This document shows positions 63,500-64,000 of a stretch of 64,000 nt of DNA, in pieces. The position numbers and the translations under genes are program-made. This DNA comes from the human T2T-CHM13v2.0 reference genome, Homo sapiens. Under the pieces are notes generated by a model, which had not been told where the DNA came from, searched no databases, and saw only the letters and a list, made by a program, of their open reading frames with translations. The first letter of the stretch is position 1. Each line of letters begins with the position of its first letter. The stretch lies in NCBI RefSeq assembly GCF_009914755.1, contig NC_060947.1, one strand, 5' to 3'.

Positions 63500-64000
63500 A
63501 GGAACCAAGATGTGAAGCCCCATGTAGGAGGACTGAGGATACCATCATCCCAGAATATTGGAGGTCCAACAGAGACCAGCCTGTGGCTGCTCTCAGACTT
63601 AGAGGGCCACAGGCAGGGCTGAGGCTGAGCATCTCCACAATTATCCTTCAAGGTTCTCAGGAGCATGAGAGATTTCAGGAAGACAAACTCAGGTCAGTAG
63701 AGGAAGGACTGTGAGCTTCTGATAGATACCAAGGTGATGACCCTGAATTAAGAATAAAGGAAGGAACAAGCCAGAACAGTGGGGTCCCATAGAGTCCTGC
63801 CCTGGCTGACAGCCCTTGTCGTTCAGGAATAGTCATTGGTAGATTTGGCTCATCCTGATTACAACTCTGTAGTCCCAGGAAGGTGAAGACCTTGATCAGA
63901 GGGGAGCAGCCTCAAGTCCCATGAGGATCGAGTTCCAGGACTAGTCAGGTGTCAAGGTGAGGAATTTCAGGGAGCAATTAGAAAACCACACATCCATACT
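63500..64000 (+). other. Degenerate MAGE-type 5' exon/promoter modules; probable upstream region of a MAGEB gene outside the window
   Basis: Recurrent AAGGTGA.GACC.TGA motifs (63731, 63880, 63954), GGAGGACTGAGG, and two related CAGAA..TGG.GGTCC.A.AGAG.CC.GCC..TGGCTG blocks (63551, 63772). Confidence 0.5.

Overview
Primate (by all appearances human) genomic DNA containing the complete three-exon gastrin-releasing peptide receptor gene GRPR (BB2 bombesin receptor, X-linked) on the + strand. The CDS is 20857-21269 + 47208-47559 + 49159-49548, giving 384 aa, with canonical GT-AG introns of about 25.9 kb and 1.6 kb. The promoter is CpG-poor and carries CRE-like sites and a TTTAAA box. The rest of the window is mostly ordinary interspersed repeats (Alu, L1, L2, MIR, MaLR/ERVL/ERV1 LTRs, hAT and Tigger MITEs). 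The last ~500 bp resemble the repeated 5' modules of a MAGE-type gene that would lie beyond the window. I found no new protein-coding system. The signals most worth checking are: a 291-nt AG-free zone with a TTCTAAC branch-point motif 281 nt upstream of exon 3 (distant branch point signature); two independent ~140-bp locally templated insertions; four uAUGs in the 5' leader; a possible 5-TM truncated isoform; and a palindromic MITE next to the exon 2 acceptor. Repeat family names come from recalled consensus sequences, not a RepeatMasker run, and their boundaries are approximate unless target-site duplications (TSDs) are quoted.
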